Source: a virus (lineage: Duplodnaviria > Caudoviricetes). From it: a stretch of DNA of 64,000 bases. Below the pieces are notes generated by a model, which was not told the DNA's origin, searched no databases, and saw only the letters and a list, made by a program, of their open reading frames with translations. Location of the stretch: positions 256,001 through 320,000 of the IMG/VR virus record IMGVR_UViG_3300017716_001697; one strand, 5' to 3'. Position 1 is the first letter of the stretch; every line of letters starts with the position of its first letter. Made by a program: the position numbers and the translations under genes. Below are positions 46,151 to 57,746 of the stretch, in pieces.

Positions 46151-49100
46151 TTACAGGATTGCAGTACCTGGCTCACGCTTTAGCATCTCTGCTTCGGGGG
46201 TCGCAGCATACCAGATACCACCATCCGACGCCTTTGTTATGTTTGTGTACATATCCGAATCCCACCCGTAGCTATCCCACGGCAAGAAATCATATTGCCC
46301 CGGACCGGTTACTCCAGCAGGGTCGACTGCATTCCATACAGTGCTGTTGGAGATAGCAGGTAACTCATTGAATTTTTCAATCCAGACAATATTCGGTACC
46401 AGTGTTAATGGATCTGCGAAACTAGGTACAAGGGCAGTGTGTTCAACAGGCGCTGTACCATTTGTTCCGCGACGTACCAAAGATAACTCCCATGTGTTGG
46501 CCGCAGATTCGGTCTTTGATCTGTACTCAATTCGTTCACCGTTAATCCATATAACGCCCGGTGTCGAGCTAGGACCCGGGTTAGGTAGAATATCTGTAGT
46601 TATAGGATGTGTCAACGGATCGATAAACACAGTAATAATTTCGGTATAATCTGTTCCAGCTGATGGTGCAGGCAAATCAAACATTAATATACCCGAATCT
46701 AATTCAGAATTTCTATAGATATGATTTTGCCCTATGCCTAAATTCTGCCTGTAACTAACAGTCACTGGCAAGAATTCCAGTGTAACAGGGTCAGCAGGAT
46801 TATATATAGGGCTTCCACCTGCAGCGACTATCTGTGCCGCAACCAATGGATCGACATCGGATACGGAATCACCCCACGGTGCATATGGATGCAATATACC
46901 ACCTACATTGTTAACAGGCAGACGTGTATCTACATTAACAACAAAGTCATCTTTAGGGAAACCGTATGCAACTTCTGTACGGTTTGTTCCGTAGTTAAAG
47001 CGCATTATTCCGCCACCATTCCACAACACTAGCGCAACAGGTGTTGATGCCACAGGTGCAAAGAAATATGCTGTATAATTAAGGTCTACTTCATTGTACT
47101 CTACATAATAATCCTTGCCATACAACAATATGTCGGCACCAATTGTAACGCTAACAACACTAGACGGTGTAATGAATGTCTGTGGATTGTTTAAATTGAT
47201 ACTGTTAAAATCAAATGTGTAAGGATACAACTGTGAATAGCCGATCTTAGAAGCATCAAAATTAGTCAACTCTATTGTGTAGACATCCTCTTCTGCTACA
47301 AATTGTTTTGCTAAACATGTATCCCACCAGAATGTATCCCATTGCGAATTTGCTAATGGATCAATACAGTTGACTTCCCACGGTGCAGGTGCATATGGAT
47401 CTACTGTAAGTGAATAATTTTCAGGGCAGACATCCCAGGACACTGCTTCCCAATATCCTACTTCGTTCGGATCTTCGCAGCTAACGTCCCAGTTACCATT
47501 TTCGTAAGGGCCACCAAAATCAGGGCCGAACTGGATGATAGTCTTAAGTTTGAAATCATTATCAAACGCTGTACCTGTTGCAATATCAGAAATAAGGTGA
47601 GTACTCGTGTAATCACGTATTTGTGTATGGTAAGGCTTAGAATCAACAATATAACTCATGATATTGTTAATCTGATCTGGTTGATAGATACGAGATTGTT
47701 TAATCGGTATGTTATTTTCCTTTATGTATATGTAGGAAGACTTGAATGCCCAATTCTGGTTCTTCTGCTCGCTGAAGACATAATTCAACATTGCAAAATA
47801 CAATTCATTCTGGAACACAACATAACTATTAACGAACACTTCTGTTCTAAATGCCTTTAGAAGTTCTCTTAATTCAACCGATAATCCATATACATTATGT
47901 GTTGTATATATCGTATCTAGTAATTTTATAGCAGATGCTTCTATACCGACCTTCAAGAAACTCTGTGTAGCGACATTGGTGTTAAGTTGCACAACTGCAT
48001 ACAACACATATCTTCCATCAGGTGTTCCTTCAATTACTTCGACAATTGCGCCAGTGTTTAGCTTACCGGCATTCAGTGCAGTAGTGGCCTGTGTAAGCGA
48101 TGTGAACACAACAGATGGTGCTACATCGTCGTAACCGAGTTCATACCATGTTGTGTAATCCCAGTATTCGCTTGTTTTAACGCCTGTGTTCCAGTCTGGT
48201 GTCTTGTCCCTGATAGCGATACGTTTTAGCAAATTGTTACCTGCTTGCACAAATATCTTTCTTGCTGCGTAAAGATCCATGAACATACCCTGACGTGGGC
48301 GGTAAGTGATACCGAACTTCTCAGCTTCGCTCAACGATGGATCAGGTACAGGTAACACTTCGCCGTAGAATGCTGATACTGTGTCAATTGCATCATCCCA
48401 CGGTGCTATATCCCATCCGTATATATCCCACGGTAAGTCATGCCCAACAAAGATGCTGTTACTCCACTCTTCAGATGCAGGTAGTACCTTTGTGTATGCA
48501 CAAATACTATCTACCATTTTATTCCAGAATTGATCAGTAATCAACGATGCAGTGTCACCTTCGCGGAATAATTTCCATTGCGAATGCTCTTGGTCGTTAC
48601 GTTCTGCAAGACGATACTTGATCTGAACATTATCACCCTTGTAGGCAAGAATTTCTTGTACATTATAGAACATGTAAGAATTGTTTATTTCGGACTGTTG
48701 TATAGGCGAGAAGAATACAAACTGCTGACTTCTAGGTGCGAATAGCAATCTAGAAACATCAAGGGCAGCTAGTGTACGATTTTCGATAACAGGCTTACTA
48801 ATAGGATTTAACACCCAGAAGTAATAGTTAACTTCGGTTATGTTAGTAAATCTGTTCGAAGATTCTATTCTTACATAGGTAGTCAAACTTCTAGGTGTAC
48901 CAGATCCTGCATATTTTGCAGGTGGAACTGGACTCTTAACCCATTCGTAAATATCTACAGAACTGCCTGGAAACATTTGTCCCCAACGATCGCGACGGTA
49001 CACTAGATTTTGTGTAGGTGTTTCACTACCATCTAAAGCAGCAGGTTGTTCATAATAAGCATATCTCATGCTAGACATATCCCACCATAGTTTACCAACT

Positions 49101-52100
49101 TGTGGTTCACCGAATATAATGTTTTCACTATAAAGACGTGCATCCCCGGTGACATTATATCTTGCAGGATCTTGCAATAACATATATGTGATATTCTGTT
49201 TTGCAGGACCAGGTAAGATTGCCTTAAATGGATCATACACTGGAAGCAATACCAATTCGTTTTCGATTCTGCGCTGGAATACCTGCGCACTACTGAACAA
49301 CGAAGTGTTGATTAATGTTTCTTGCACACGGTATGGTGTGAAGTACATTGGTCCAATGGTATCCCATCCGTAGTCGTATGTGTACGGATAAGCCCAGAAT
49401 TCCTTCACAGTAGGATCCCAGTAAGTAATGTCCCAATAGCCAGGATCTGCTGTAATCCTGACGACTGCCCATTTATTAGCAATATCGTCGACCCATATTA
49501 GATCACCTAAGCCTACATACTTAGGTAACAACGGTTCAATCGGCTGCTCAGTCCAGCGCATTGTCTTGAACAATAGCAAGTCGGTAAAGAATTCAAATAC
49601 CCCGATTTCGTCGGCTTGTATAGGGTCACCAGCTACATTTAATAATTTATAACTGTTATAAGATATCAGTGTAGTAGGATCTGTGTATAATCCGTTATCT
49701 TCGAATCTAACTGCATAGTTTGTTGCAGGATCAACCTTTCCATCAATAACAATCTGCAAACAAATCATATTACCGTAATCAGTTCTACCATCAGACGATG
49801 CTGAAAGTTGTGGTAATATTTCTTGATTTACTACATTCTGATATCCACTTCCTTGGTTCACTACAGCTACAGAGACAATCTGTCCTGCATTAGTAACTGA
49901 TGTAATTTGGAACTTAGCGTCTACATATCCGGGATCATACGAAATTGCCCTGCTTGCGACAATTACATCAGCGGAAGAATACCCCGTGCCTTGATCAACA
50001 ATAGTTACAGAAGTTATATATCCATTATCGTCTACAGTAGGATATAATACAGCACCGTAACCTGTTGCTGTCTGAGTCGCTTGCTCAATGGTTATAATAG
50101 GCGTAATTTCGTATCCTGAGCCGCCATTGGTAATAGTGAATCCTGTGATAACACCGTATTCAATTATTGCTGTAACTTTTGCTGTTTCTGTACACGGCCC
50201 GTCGATAATGATTTCGGGTGTAACGGTATAATAACCACCAGGATTAGTAAGTTCAATAGATGTAAGTATCCCGTCGGTTATCTCTGGATATAATACAGCA
50301 GGTGTCGTAGAAGATCCTGTTATCGTAATCGTAGGTGTGGTTGTGTAACCGCTGCCACCTTCGGTTATAGTAACTTTGTTTATAACCCCATTATTAATGG
50401 TAGATGTAAAAGATGCATCTACAATGGCAGGTACTGGCAATGTTACTACCGGATTTGTGCTATATCCAGCGCCCGGATTAGTGATGCTGACACTTGTTAT
50501 GATACCGCCCACGATGCCAGCAATGCCTGTAGCGGTGATTGCGATAGGTGCGTCGACTACACATGTAGGAGGAATCATAAAATATGATCCTCCGTCTACT
50601 ATATCAACATCAATAAGTTTTCCATCAACTATTACTGCATTCAATACAGCCGGATGATACGTAAATCCACCTACTACAGTAATTACGGGAATTGTTGTAT
50701 AATATCCACCTTGCTCCGTAATAGTAGCAGTGTTAACAACACCATCTTCTGTTGTACATGTCAATGATGCAGGTGTCGTACATGGCCCCGTAATTACCAA
50801 TGATGGTGGTGTTAGATATCCACTTCCGCCATCATCAATAGTGGCCGAAGTAATGACGCCATCAGTAACATATATTGTAATTTGAGCAGATGTTATATTG
50901 CTTCCTACTACAGAAATTGTTGGTGGAATAAAATTACTATATCCGGTACCGCCGTTAACGATAGTTACACCAGTAACAACTCCGTCGGCTGTCGATAAAG
51001 TTACTTCGGCCCGGGTTGTTACTGGTGGCGCAATAGTAAGTATCGGTGCGGAAGTATAGCCGGAACCAGATACAACAATCGTTAAATTACCAACAATGCC
51101 ACCGATTGCTGTTGCAGTTATGACGCCACCAATTAGAGACGGTTTTACCGCAGTTACTGTAGGTGGTACTGTGTATCCAGAACCACCGCTAGCAATGTAT
51201 ATCCCGTTGATAACTCCGCCTGCAATAGTTGCCAATGCAGACGCAGGTGTAGTACATGCGCCGGTAATTGAAATTTCCGGCGCAACTGCATATCCACTGC
51301 CACCGTTTACTATGCTAATACTGGTTACTACGCCATCTGCTATCTCAACAATTGCCGACGCCGGGGTTATACATGCACCAGTAATTTCGACTGTAGGTGC
51401 AACTGCAAATCCACTACCACCATTTACTATGATAAAATTAGTAATGATACCGTCTGTTATATTTGCATTTGCGGACGCATCACTAGGTGGAATGATGTCA
51501 AGACGACTACGAGTTTCACGATCGGTTAGCAGTAACAAATCAGATGCAGTTTGTGCCACTCTCCATGTATTAGCAAGGTACGGTGCTGATTTTATATTCA
51601 CCATCTTATAGACATCCCAGTCTTCTGTGAATGTCTTAGCAACCCATACTGTGTCATTTTCTGCAGGATTGAATAATCTTGTGCCCCACAATGTTTGTGT
51701 CTGGATAGGGTCAAATGATGTCCATGTGACGTCATTGAAATTCACATATCCTGCGTTTGGCATAGAATATTCTATGTTGGTCGTAGTCGGGAATTCCAAC
51801 GAATATGCTGGATCATTTGGTCTAACAATCCATTTTGCCACATCATCGACATCAATGTCGACTACATTATCAAGCTTCTCGTCTCTAGCTATCTGGCCTT
51901 GCCATACGGCATACAATCTGTCTAACTGGTGTAGATCTACAGTTGATTCAACAGTAACATTAGGTGCCGATAGATATCCATATCCTTTGTCTGTCATATC
52001 TACACGCGAAATTTTGCCAAGCGCATCTAATACTGCGAATGCTTTTGCAGGACGTAGCGGACCAGTCAGACCCGGATCTGTAGGATCAGCATCGGGAAGA

Positions 52101-55100
52101 GAAATTGCAATGCGCGGAACACTTGTATATCTGTTCTGTGCATTTACTATATTAACTTCTCTTACAAATCCTATATTAGACGGAATAAAATTCAAACGTG
52201 CAACAATAACTTCACCGGAATTCTGTTCAGGTGTTAACACGAACTCAGTAGAAACCTGTTCTATTGTGTTACCTAAATCAGATAATTTAAGTGCCCATTC
52301 TTCGTACACTTCAATTGTTTCGTTATCCTGCACCTTTGTTGATCTAAATAACTTATCAAATGCTTGGCGCGTACCCTTCTGTCTGATAGCACCTTGATAG
52401 AACAAATACTGAACGTCATTAGACACCTGTAGATTATCTAGATAGCTCTTGCTTTCATATCCAATAAGGTGCTGTCCTAACGCTTCTAGGCTTGGATTAT
52501 CTAACAACACATCGGGATCATAGAAAAATCTCATCGAATCTACAATGGTGTTGAAGTTAGGCACCAATTCGTTATCTAAGATTAAATAACCGGGCGCTTC
52601 TTTCTTACCGAACCACGCATTGCTTCTGGCGCCAGTAAATTTTAGACGTTGTTGTCTTGCACGTAATAGTGGATCATAAACAATATCGTTGAAACTGGTC
52701 GTGTTATCAAATATCAACACATGTTCTGTTTCGGCTGCACTTACTTGTAGGAAGTATATTCCGCCAGCCTGCAAATCAGCCGGAGAAACTGCAATATACA
52801 TGTTATCTCTATCAGTAACCGTGCTATTAGGCGGGATAGCAATACCGTATTTGTCTAAGATACTGTAGACACCATTAGCAATAGTTTCTACATCGTTAGG
52901 GTAGCCGCGCTCAACAACAAGCATGGCGTTATTTGCCGCTGGGCTAAGTTGGATACTCGAATCTGGCATCCAGTTGGTGTTTATCCAGAATAAGAACTGT
53001 TTGGCTGAATACAACCAGTCGCTAATTTGATTTGTGTCTATACTTACATCAGTGAATTGCCAACCCTGCGACTCTAGATATGCACCCCAACCGATAAGGA
53101 AATCAAATACATCTTGTGGAGTATCTAATATTGTGCCATAAGGTATGGTATGAGATGTGACTTCCGAAATTGGTCTGTATATAACAGACGAGCCGCCGAT
53201 TGTCGGTAATGCCCGCAATTTTTGCCAGTTGTCTATGTTAAACTTGCCTGCAACAATCGTACCTATGCTGGTATAATATACACCATTGTATCTAACAATT
53301 TCGCCCGGTGTATATGTTTCGCCGAGTGTGTATATATGGAATTCAGCAGGAGTTCCACCGATAGTTATATCAATGATCTGAGCATTTGACCTGTCTAAAA
53401 TTGTGAATTCAGAATTCAACAAATCATATCCGTATACAACAAATTTGCCCTCGGTGCTAACCCTAATAATGACACCACTATATGCGTAAGTCTTTATAGG
53501 TTGACCTTTATGCAAGATTGTCTGGAAATTGTTTGTAGGCACTAGCAGACTAGTTGTGGTCGCTGTTGGCGATACAGATTCTATGTATGTAGATACTGTA
53601 TCTTTATTTGTGAATCCAGCAAATTTATTAGCAAGATTTACATCCAAAGTACGAACCTTGTTACCAAATACGGTAGAAATATCTTGTCCCAGGAATAACA
53701 ATCTATCGCTAATCCAGCGTTGGTATCCAAAGCGAACTGCCGGAGTACCATCAACGGATTCGGCATGCACTACTTGAGTTGCATTCTTTGGGCGCATCCA
53801 TGCAAAGAATGGATCACTATCTGTGAATGTATCATTCTGCACATATTGCCAATTGTTGTTGGACATGACTGGTCCGTAGACACCCGGTATATCAATTAAG
53901 CCAGGCGATAAATCAGTGCCGATTGTGTCGAATAGTAATTCGCCGAATGGGCCCGGCTTCATTAGGTACAAGAATTCTTGCACAGAGAATGCATAACCGG
54001 ATGTAGACATCCATGCTTGCTCAACCGGAGCACCATCACCATACACCCACGGATTATCAAATCCGTCAAACGGTGCATACATGTTACCGGACATTGCGAC
54101 ATTAAATATTGTCGGTACAGGTATAATATTACCCATTGTATCAACAGGCATAACTGTTGATAGGCCAGGTCGTGCCCACATTTCTTGCACTTGTGGCAAT
54201 AATGTTTCAGGATCAAAAATAGCCGTTGGCCCTTGTCTAATCATACCCAATTCTAAATCAGCCCATAATGCTGTATTAGTAGATGACCAATTTGTGCCAT
54301 ATTCCGCAACCCACCACACTGGCTGAGAGCTGAACCCTAGCATTTCCCATGGGCGTGTATTAGGGTAAATGGTGTCATAGTAATACTGGAAAATACCTTT
54401 CCAATTACCGGGTAAATTAAGTTTTGTGCCGCCGGGGGTTACTGCTTCAGCATAATTATATAGCTTCCATAATTGTGGCGAATTTGTTGGTAAATCAGCA
54501 CTTGCGTACAGCCAATCGTTAACATGATAGTTCGCTTTATTACTTGCTGTCCACTTGTTTAGATAAGACTGCGTTATGTCTAAAAATTCTGCACGAGAAT
54601 ATCTTGTCTGTCTAAAGTAACCAGACTTAACATCTTCAAGACGCAATGGCAAATGATATTCATTTCTGAATCTGTATTGCAATAAATTGTAGATTCGCTT
54701 TTCTAATTCAAGCAACAACTGATCGCGGTAATCGCCGTAAGCAATGGTCTTAGAACCATCATGCCCAATAATTACATTCGTTGGGATTGTGTAAGATGTA
54801 TCTAATTCTATACGTGGGATATACACACTATATGCACCAACCTTGGTAGGTGTAGATGGAACATAAGCAGGTATATAGGCAGGCACTGGGTTTGTGTAAA
54901 GTGCCACAAACATATTCTTACCTATCAACGATGCATCAAATTTAATTTCTATAGCAAGGTTGGTCGATATAATTTCGTAATCGACGCCGATTGTTAGTAT
55001 TCTCTCATGTCCGGAAATATCGTAGATATACAGTGCCGAACGTGGATTATCTAAATCTAAATATGTATCTAGTGTCACAAGTTGGCTGACCGGAACAACA

Positions 55101-57670
55101 TGTGTCTCTGTTGCAAACGGTGTGCCATTGGCAATCATATACGAATATGCAAATGCATTCGAGAATTCTTTAGATATGTTTATCGTCTTGATAATCGCAT
55201 CTACCCACGCACTAATCACAATTGTATTATTGTGATACTGTACTGGATTGAATTCTTGATTAATCAGCTGCAATGCAGTCTGCAAATATTTGTTTTTAAA
55301 TTTAGTGTACTCAGACTGACTGAATCTAATGCCGGCAATGACATCTAAATTATCATCAGACGAAACTAACATCGACTTCAGTGTCGGTGCAACGTTCTGC
55401 AAAATAAACGATCCCACTGATCTATTCTTTGTGGTGTCTCTATAGTTGTTTGTTCCACCAAATGCTACACCAGAGAAATATGCCTGATTATAGATTATAG
55501 ATGAAAATTGTTCTATTAAATTACTCGCACTAATTTCACCAACCTCTTGTTGAATAGGGTTAGCTTCTAGTTGCTGTGGTATAGCTGAATATCCCGGCGC
55601 GGCTGGGTCAAGCATATCTCTTGTATATGTCTGAATTTCGACAACAGGTGCAACTGCCTGCGGTACAGCAAGCAAGTTAGTAAGATAGGTTTCTAAGTCT
55701 ACATATAGGTCGTTGTTTATACCGACGATATAGTAACCATCTAGTTGATGTGTTTCGTTTTTAACTTCTACACCATTAACACTCACAATGATATCGGGTG
55801 CAGCAGGATAGTTGTACGGAACAACACTTAATCTAAATTGATATTCTACGCCGTAACCTACAGCAAATTTATCTATAACACGTTGTTTGCTTAATGCAAC
55901 GCGGCTATAATCAACCGGTACTGTTGTACCTGCTTGTACAGGAGTAAATAAATTCCAATCATTATACATAACAGGTGTATAGTGGAACATGTAATAGTAG
56001 TATCCGTCGATTGGCACACGGGCTGAACTGTACACATATCTATCTGTTATTAGGTCATTCTGAAACATGATATCAGACGACTGGCCTAAAGAAGTGTACA
56101 CTATAGGAAATCTTAGTACAGGATCTACAGTGGCCCCTGGTTGTGGATTCACCTTATAAGAGAATATTTTGCTACCAGCAAATGTGCTGAGTGGGTATGT
56201 AGTCACGTCGTCAAGTGGTACACCATTATGATCATATAACTGAAATAGTGGTGGTTGGTTTACTGCTACCTTATCATTAGCTGCCTGCACCCATTCGTTT
56301 ATATCATAATACCATGTTTCACCACGTTGTGCACCATCCCACGGTGCATCTTCGGAGATAAGAATAATATCACCATCAACAATAGGTGGCGGCACTGGTA
56401 TAAACATAACCGTATCGAAGTCAGGGTCAATACGCACCTGATAAATTGTCTGGTTAGAAATATACGGAGTCACGATAGGTTCGCCGTCCCAATGCAATAG
56501 ATCCCATTGTTCGTTGATCGCTCTGTCCCATGGTATCAAGTCAGTCGTAACCAGTGTTGTGTCATTCATAAACACAACTAACTGACCGTCAGTGAATTCT
56601 ACCTGAAGCTCTTCATTTACTGTATCACGCAATCTTAGTTGATAATCTAGCATCTGTAGCGGAATGCCGAATTCATTATCGCGGAATCCAAATGTCACAT
56701 CGGCCCTGAACTGTGTGCCTGAATTGTATAAGAACAAATCAGCAGAGAATTGAATAATCGGTCTTAATGCTCGAGTAGCATTTGTCGGAAATGCAATTCC
56801 CGTTGCTGCAACAGTTGCATTTATTGCATCTATGTGGACCCATTTGTTTGTGCGTGACCATGCATTTCTGTCAATAGCACCACGTTCGATTGTTATGTAA
56901 TCACAATTTCCGGGCTGTGGTTGTACGTCCCACGTTAATGTATCCCAGTTGGTATTCTGTATAACCCTACCATTAGACAACTGTGTAGTTCCATCCCATG
57001 GTAGGAATTCTAGTACAGTCCCAGGTGTGTAATCAGGGTAACGTGGCACTAGTCTAATGCCTATGCCTACACCGATGTTTTCTACAATCAATGGATCAGG
57101 GTACAATGTGGACCCGACGAATTGAATTGTTAGACCTGTAGTGAATGTTAGGTTGGCAGGCAGTGCGCCAGGGATAGATGAAGTGTTGAATGACTGCGCA
57201 CCCAATATCATAGATGTTATTTGTGTATCGGAAATGCCTGTTACATTTATAGCCGCTAGTCCCTGGAACACCCAGTAGTAATTGTGATAGTTAATAAACA
57301 TATCAAAATCGATAGGTGGCGCCCAGCTGTAATATTCAGATTCAAAAAGTCTATCTTGATTTAATGTGTTTCCACCGTAATAATTAATCCTGTTTAACAG
57401 GTCATCATAGAAGAATATATTTGATTTTGTATTATCTGTATTGCGTGAGAAGCCAGTGGCTTCTAATTGCCACCAGGTACGGTCTTTCGACGGTTCTGGT
57501 AAGTAGAAATCACTGACAGGATTATATAATCCCGGCGTGCGTCTGCCGATATACCCACTTAACTGGTCACCATCTTTCTTAGAGAATACTTGGTCGAACG
57601 TCGCATCGAAGAACTTCTTCTCCGTAACCGTTTGGAAGACGGCGGGTAATTTCTTAATAAACTGAGTCAT
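46151..57670 (-). CDS. 3839-aa virion/baseplate-associated structural protein
   Basis: very long intact ORF after the gp6-like gene; GGSGY..P repeats and PWD/WD motifs. Confidence 0.75.
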   Translation of the reverse strand: MTQFIKKLPAVFQTVTEKKFFDATFDQVFSKKDGDQLSGYIGRRTPGLYNPVSDFYLPEPSKDRTWWQLEATGFSRNTDNTKSNIFFYDDLLNRINYYGGNTLNQDRLFESEYYSWAPPIDFDMFINYHNYYWVFQGLAAINVTGISDTQITSMILGAQSFNTSSIPGALPANLTFTTGLTIQFVGSTLYPDPLIVENIGVGIGIRLVPRYPDYTPGTVLEFLPWDGTTQLSNGRVIQNTNWDTLTWDVQPQPGNCDYITIERGAIDRNAWSRTNKWVHIDAINATVAATGIAFPTNATRALRPIIQFSADLFLYNSGTQFRADVTFGFRDNEFGIPLQMLDYQLRLRDTVNEELQVEFTDGQLVVFMNDTTLVTTDLIPWDRAINEQWDLLHWDGEPIVTPYISNQTIYQVRIDPDFDTVMFIPVPPPIVDGDIILISEDAPWDGAQRGETWYYDINEWVQAANDKVAVNQPPLFQLYDHNGVPLDDVTTYPLSTFAGSKIFSYKVNPQPGATVDPVLRFPIVYTSLGQSSDIMFQNDLITDRYVYSSARVPIDGYYYYMFHYTPVMYNDWNLFTPVQAGTTVPVDYSRVALSKQRVIDKFAVGYGVEYQFRLSVVPYNYPAAPDIIVSVNGVEVKNETHQLDGYYIVGINNDLYVDLETYLTNLLAVPQAVAPVVEIQTYTRDMLDPAAPGYSAIPQQLEANPIQQEVGEISASNLIEQFSSIIYNQAYFSGVAFGGTNNYRDTTKNRSVGSFILQNVAPTLKSMLVSSDDNLDVIAGIRFSQSEYTKFKNKYLQTALQLINQEFNPVQYHNNTIVISAWVDAIIKTINISKEFSNAFAYSYMIANGTPFATETHVVPVSQLVTLDTYLDLDNPRSALYIYDISGHERILTIGVDYEIISTNLAIEIKFDASLIGKNMFVALYTNPVPAYIPAYVPSTPTKVGAYSVYIPRIELDTSYTIPTNVIIGHDGSKTIAYGDYRDQLLLELEKRIYNLLQYRFRNEYHLPLRLEDVKSGYFRQTRYSRAEFLDITQSYLNKWTASNKANYHVNDWLYASADLPTNSPQLWKLYNYAEAVTPGGTKLNLPGNWKGIFQYYYDTIYPNTRPWEMLGFSSQPVWWVAEYGTNWSSTNTALWADLELGMIRQGPTAIFDPETLLPQVQEMWARPGLSTVMPVDTMGNIIPVPTIFNVAMSGNMYAPFDGFDNPWVYGDGAPVEQAWMSTSGYAFSVQEFLYLMKPGPFGELLFDTIGTDLSPGLIDIPGVYGPVMSNNNWQYVQNDTFTDSDPFFAWMRPKNATQVVHAESVDGTPAVRFGYQRWISDRLLFLGQDISTVFGNKVRTLDVNLANKFAGFTNKDTVSTYIESVSPTATTTSLLVPTNNFQTILHKGQPIKTYAYSGVIIRVSTEGKFVVYGYDLLNSEFTILDRSNAQIIDITIGGTPAEFHIYTLGETYTPGEIVRYNGVYYTSIGTIVAGKFNIDNWQKLRALPTIGGSSVIYRPISEVTSHTIPYGTILDTPQDVFDFLIGWGAYLESQGWQFTDVSIDTNQISDWLYSAKQFLFWINTNWMPDSSIQLSPAANNAMLVVERGYPNDVETIANGVYSILDKYGIAIPPNSTVTDRDNMYIAVSPADLQAGGIYFLQVSAAETEHVLIFDNTTSFNDIVYDPLLRARQQRLKFTGARSNAWFGKKEAPGYLILDNELVPNFNTIVDSMRFFYDPDVLLDNPSLEALGQHLIGYESKSYLDNLQVSNDVQYLFYQGAIRQKGTRQAFDKLFRSTKVQDNETIEVYEEWALKLSDLGNTIEQVSTEFVLTPEQNSGEVIVARLNFIPSNIGFVREVNIVNAQNRYTSVPRIAISLPDADPTDPGLTGPLRPAKAFAVLDALGKISRVDMTDKGYGYLSAPNVTVESTVDLHQLDRLYAVWQGQIARDEKLDNVVDIDVDDVAKWIVRPNDPAYSLEFPTTTNIEYSMPNAGYVNFNDVTWTSFDPIQTQTLWGTRLFNPAENDTVWVAKTFTEDWDVYKMVNIKSAPYLANTWRVAQTASDLLLLTDRETRSRLDIIPPSDASANANITDGIITNFIIVNGGSGFAVAPTVEITGACITPASAIVEIADGVVTSISIVNGGSGYAVAPEISITGACTTPASALATIAGGVINGIYIASGGSGYTVPPTVTAVKPSLIGGVITATAIGGIVGNLTIVVSGSGYTSAPILTIAPPVTTRAEVTLSTADGVVTGVTIVNGGTGYSNFIPPTISVVGSNITSAQITIYVTDGVITSATIDDGGSGYLTPPSLVITGPCTTPASLTCTTEDGVVNTATITEQGGYYTTIPVITVVGGFTYHPAVLNAVIVDGKLIDVDIVDGGSYFMIPPTCVVDAPIAITATGIAGIVGGIITSVSITNPGAGYSTNPVVTLPVPAIVDASFTSTINNGVINKVTITEGGSGYTTTPTITITGSSTTPAVLYPEITDGILTSIELTNPGGYYTVTPEIIIDGPCTETAKVTAIIEYGVITGFTITNGGSGYEITPIITIEQATQTATGYGAVLYPTVDDNGYITSVTIVDQGTGYSSADVIVASRAISYDPGYVDAKFQITSVTNAGQIVSVAVVNQGSGYQNVVNQEILPQLSASSDGRTDYGNMICLQIVIDGKVDPATNYAVRFEDNGLYTDPTTLISYNSYKLLNVAGDPIQADEIGVFEFFTDLLLFKTMRWTEQPIEPLLPKYVGLGDLIWVDDIANKWAVVRITADPGYWDITYWDPTVKEFWAYPYTYDYGWDTIGPMYFTPYRVQETLINTSLFSSAQVFQRRIENELVLLPVYDPFKAILPGPAKQNITYMLLQDPARYNVTGDARLYSENIIFGEPQVGKLWWDMSSMRYAYYEQPAALDGSETPTQNLVYRRDRWGQMFPGSSVDIYEWVKSPVPPAKYAGSGTPRSLTTYVRIESSNRFTNITEVNYYFWVLNPISKPVIENRTLAALDVSRLLFAPRSQQFVFFSPIQQSEINNSYMFYNVQEILAYKGDNVQIKYRLAERNDQEHSQWKLFREGDTASLITDQFWNKMVDSICAYTKVLPASEEWSNSIFVGHDLPWDIYGWDIAPWDDAIDTVSAFYGEVLPVPDPSLSEAEKFGITYRPRQGMFMDLYAARKIFVQAGNNLLKRIAIRDKTPDWNTGVKTSEYWDYTTWYELGYDDVAPSVVFTSLTQATTALNAGKLNTGAIVEVIEGTPDGRYVLYAVVQLNTNVATQSFLKVGIEASAIKLLDTIYTTHNVYGLSVELRELLKAFRTEVFVNSYVVFQNELYFAMLNYVFSEQKNQNWAFKSSYIYIKENNIPIKQSRIYQPDQINNIMSYIVDSKPYHTQIRDYTSTHLISDIATGTAFDNDFKLKTIIQFGPDFGGPYENGNWDVSCEDPNEVGYWEAVSWDVCPENYSLTVDPYAPAPWEVNCIDPLANSQWDTFWWDTCLAKQFVAEEDVYTIELTNFDASKIGYSQLYPYTFDFNSINLNNPQTFITPSSVVSVTIGADILLYGKDYYVEYNEVDLNYTAYFFAPVASTPVALVLWNGGGIMRFNYGTNRTEVAYGFPKDDFVVNVDTRLPVNNVGGILHPYAPWGDSVSDVDPLVAAQIVAAGGSPIYNPADPVTLEFLPVTVSYRQNLGIGQNHIYRNSELDSGILMFDLPAPSAGTDYTEIITVFIDPLTHPITTDILPNPGPSSTPGVIWINGERIEYRSKTESAANTWELSLVRRGTNGTAPVEHTALVPSFADPLTLVPNIVWIEKFNELPAISNSTVWNAVDPAGVTGPGQYDFLPWDSYGWDSDMYTNITKASDGGIWYAATPEAEMLKREPGTAIL

Positions 57671-57746
57671 GTATATTTCCGCAATAAGGTGTAGATAATG
57701 TTATCTACATCGTATTTATCACGGAAATTATATATGCTGTAAACTA

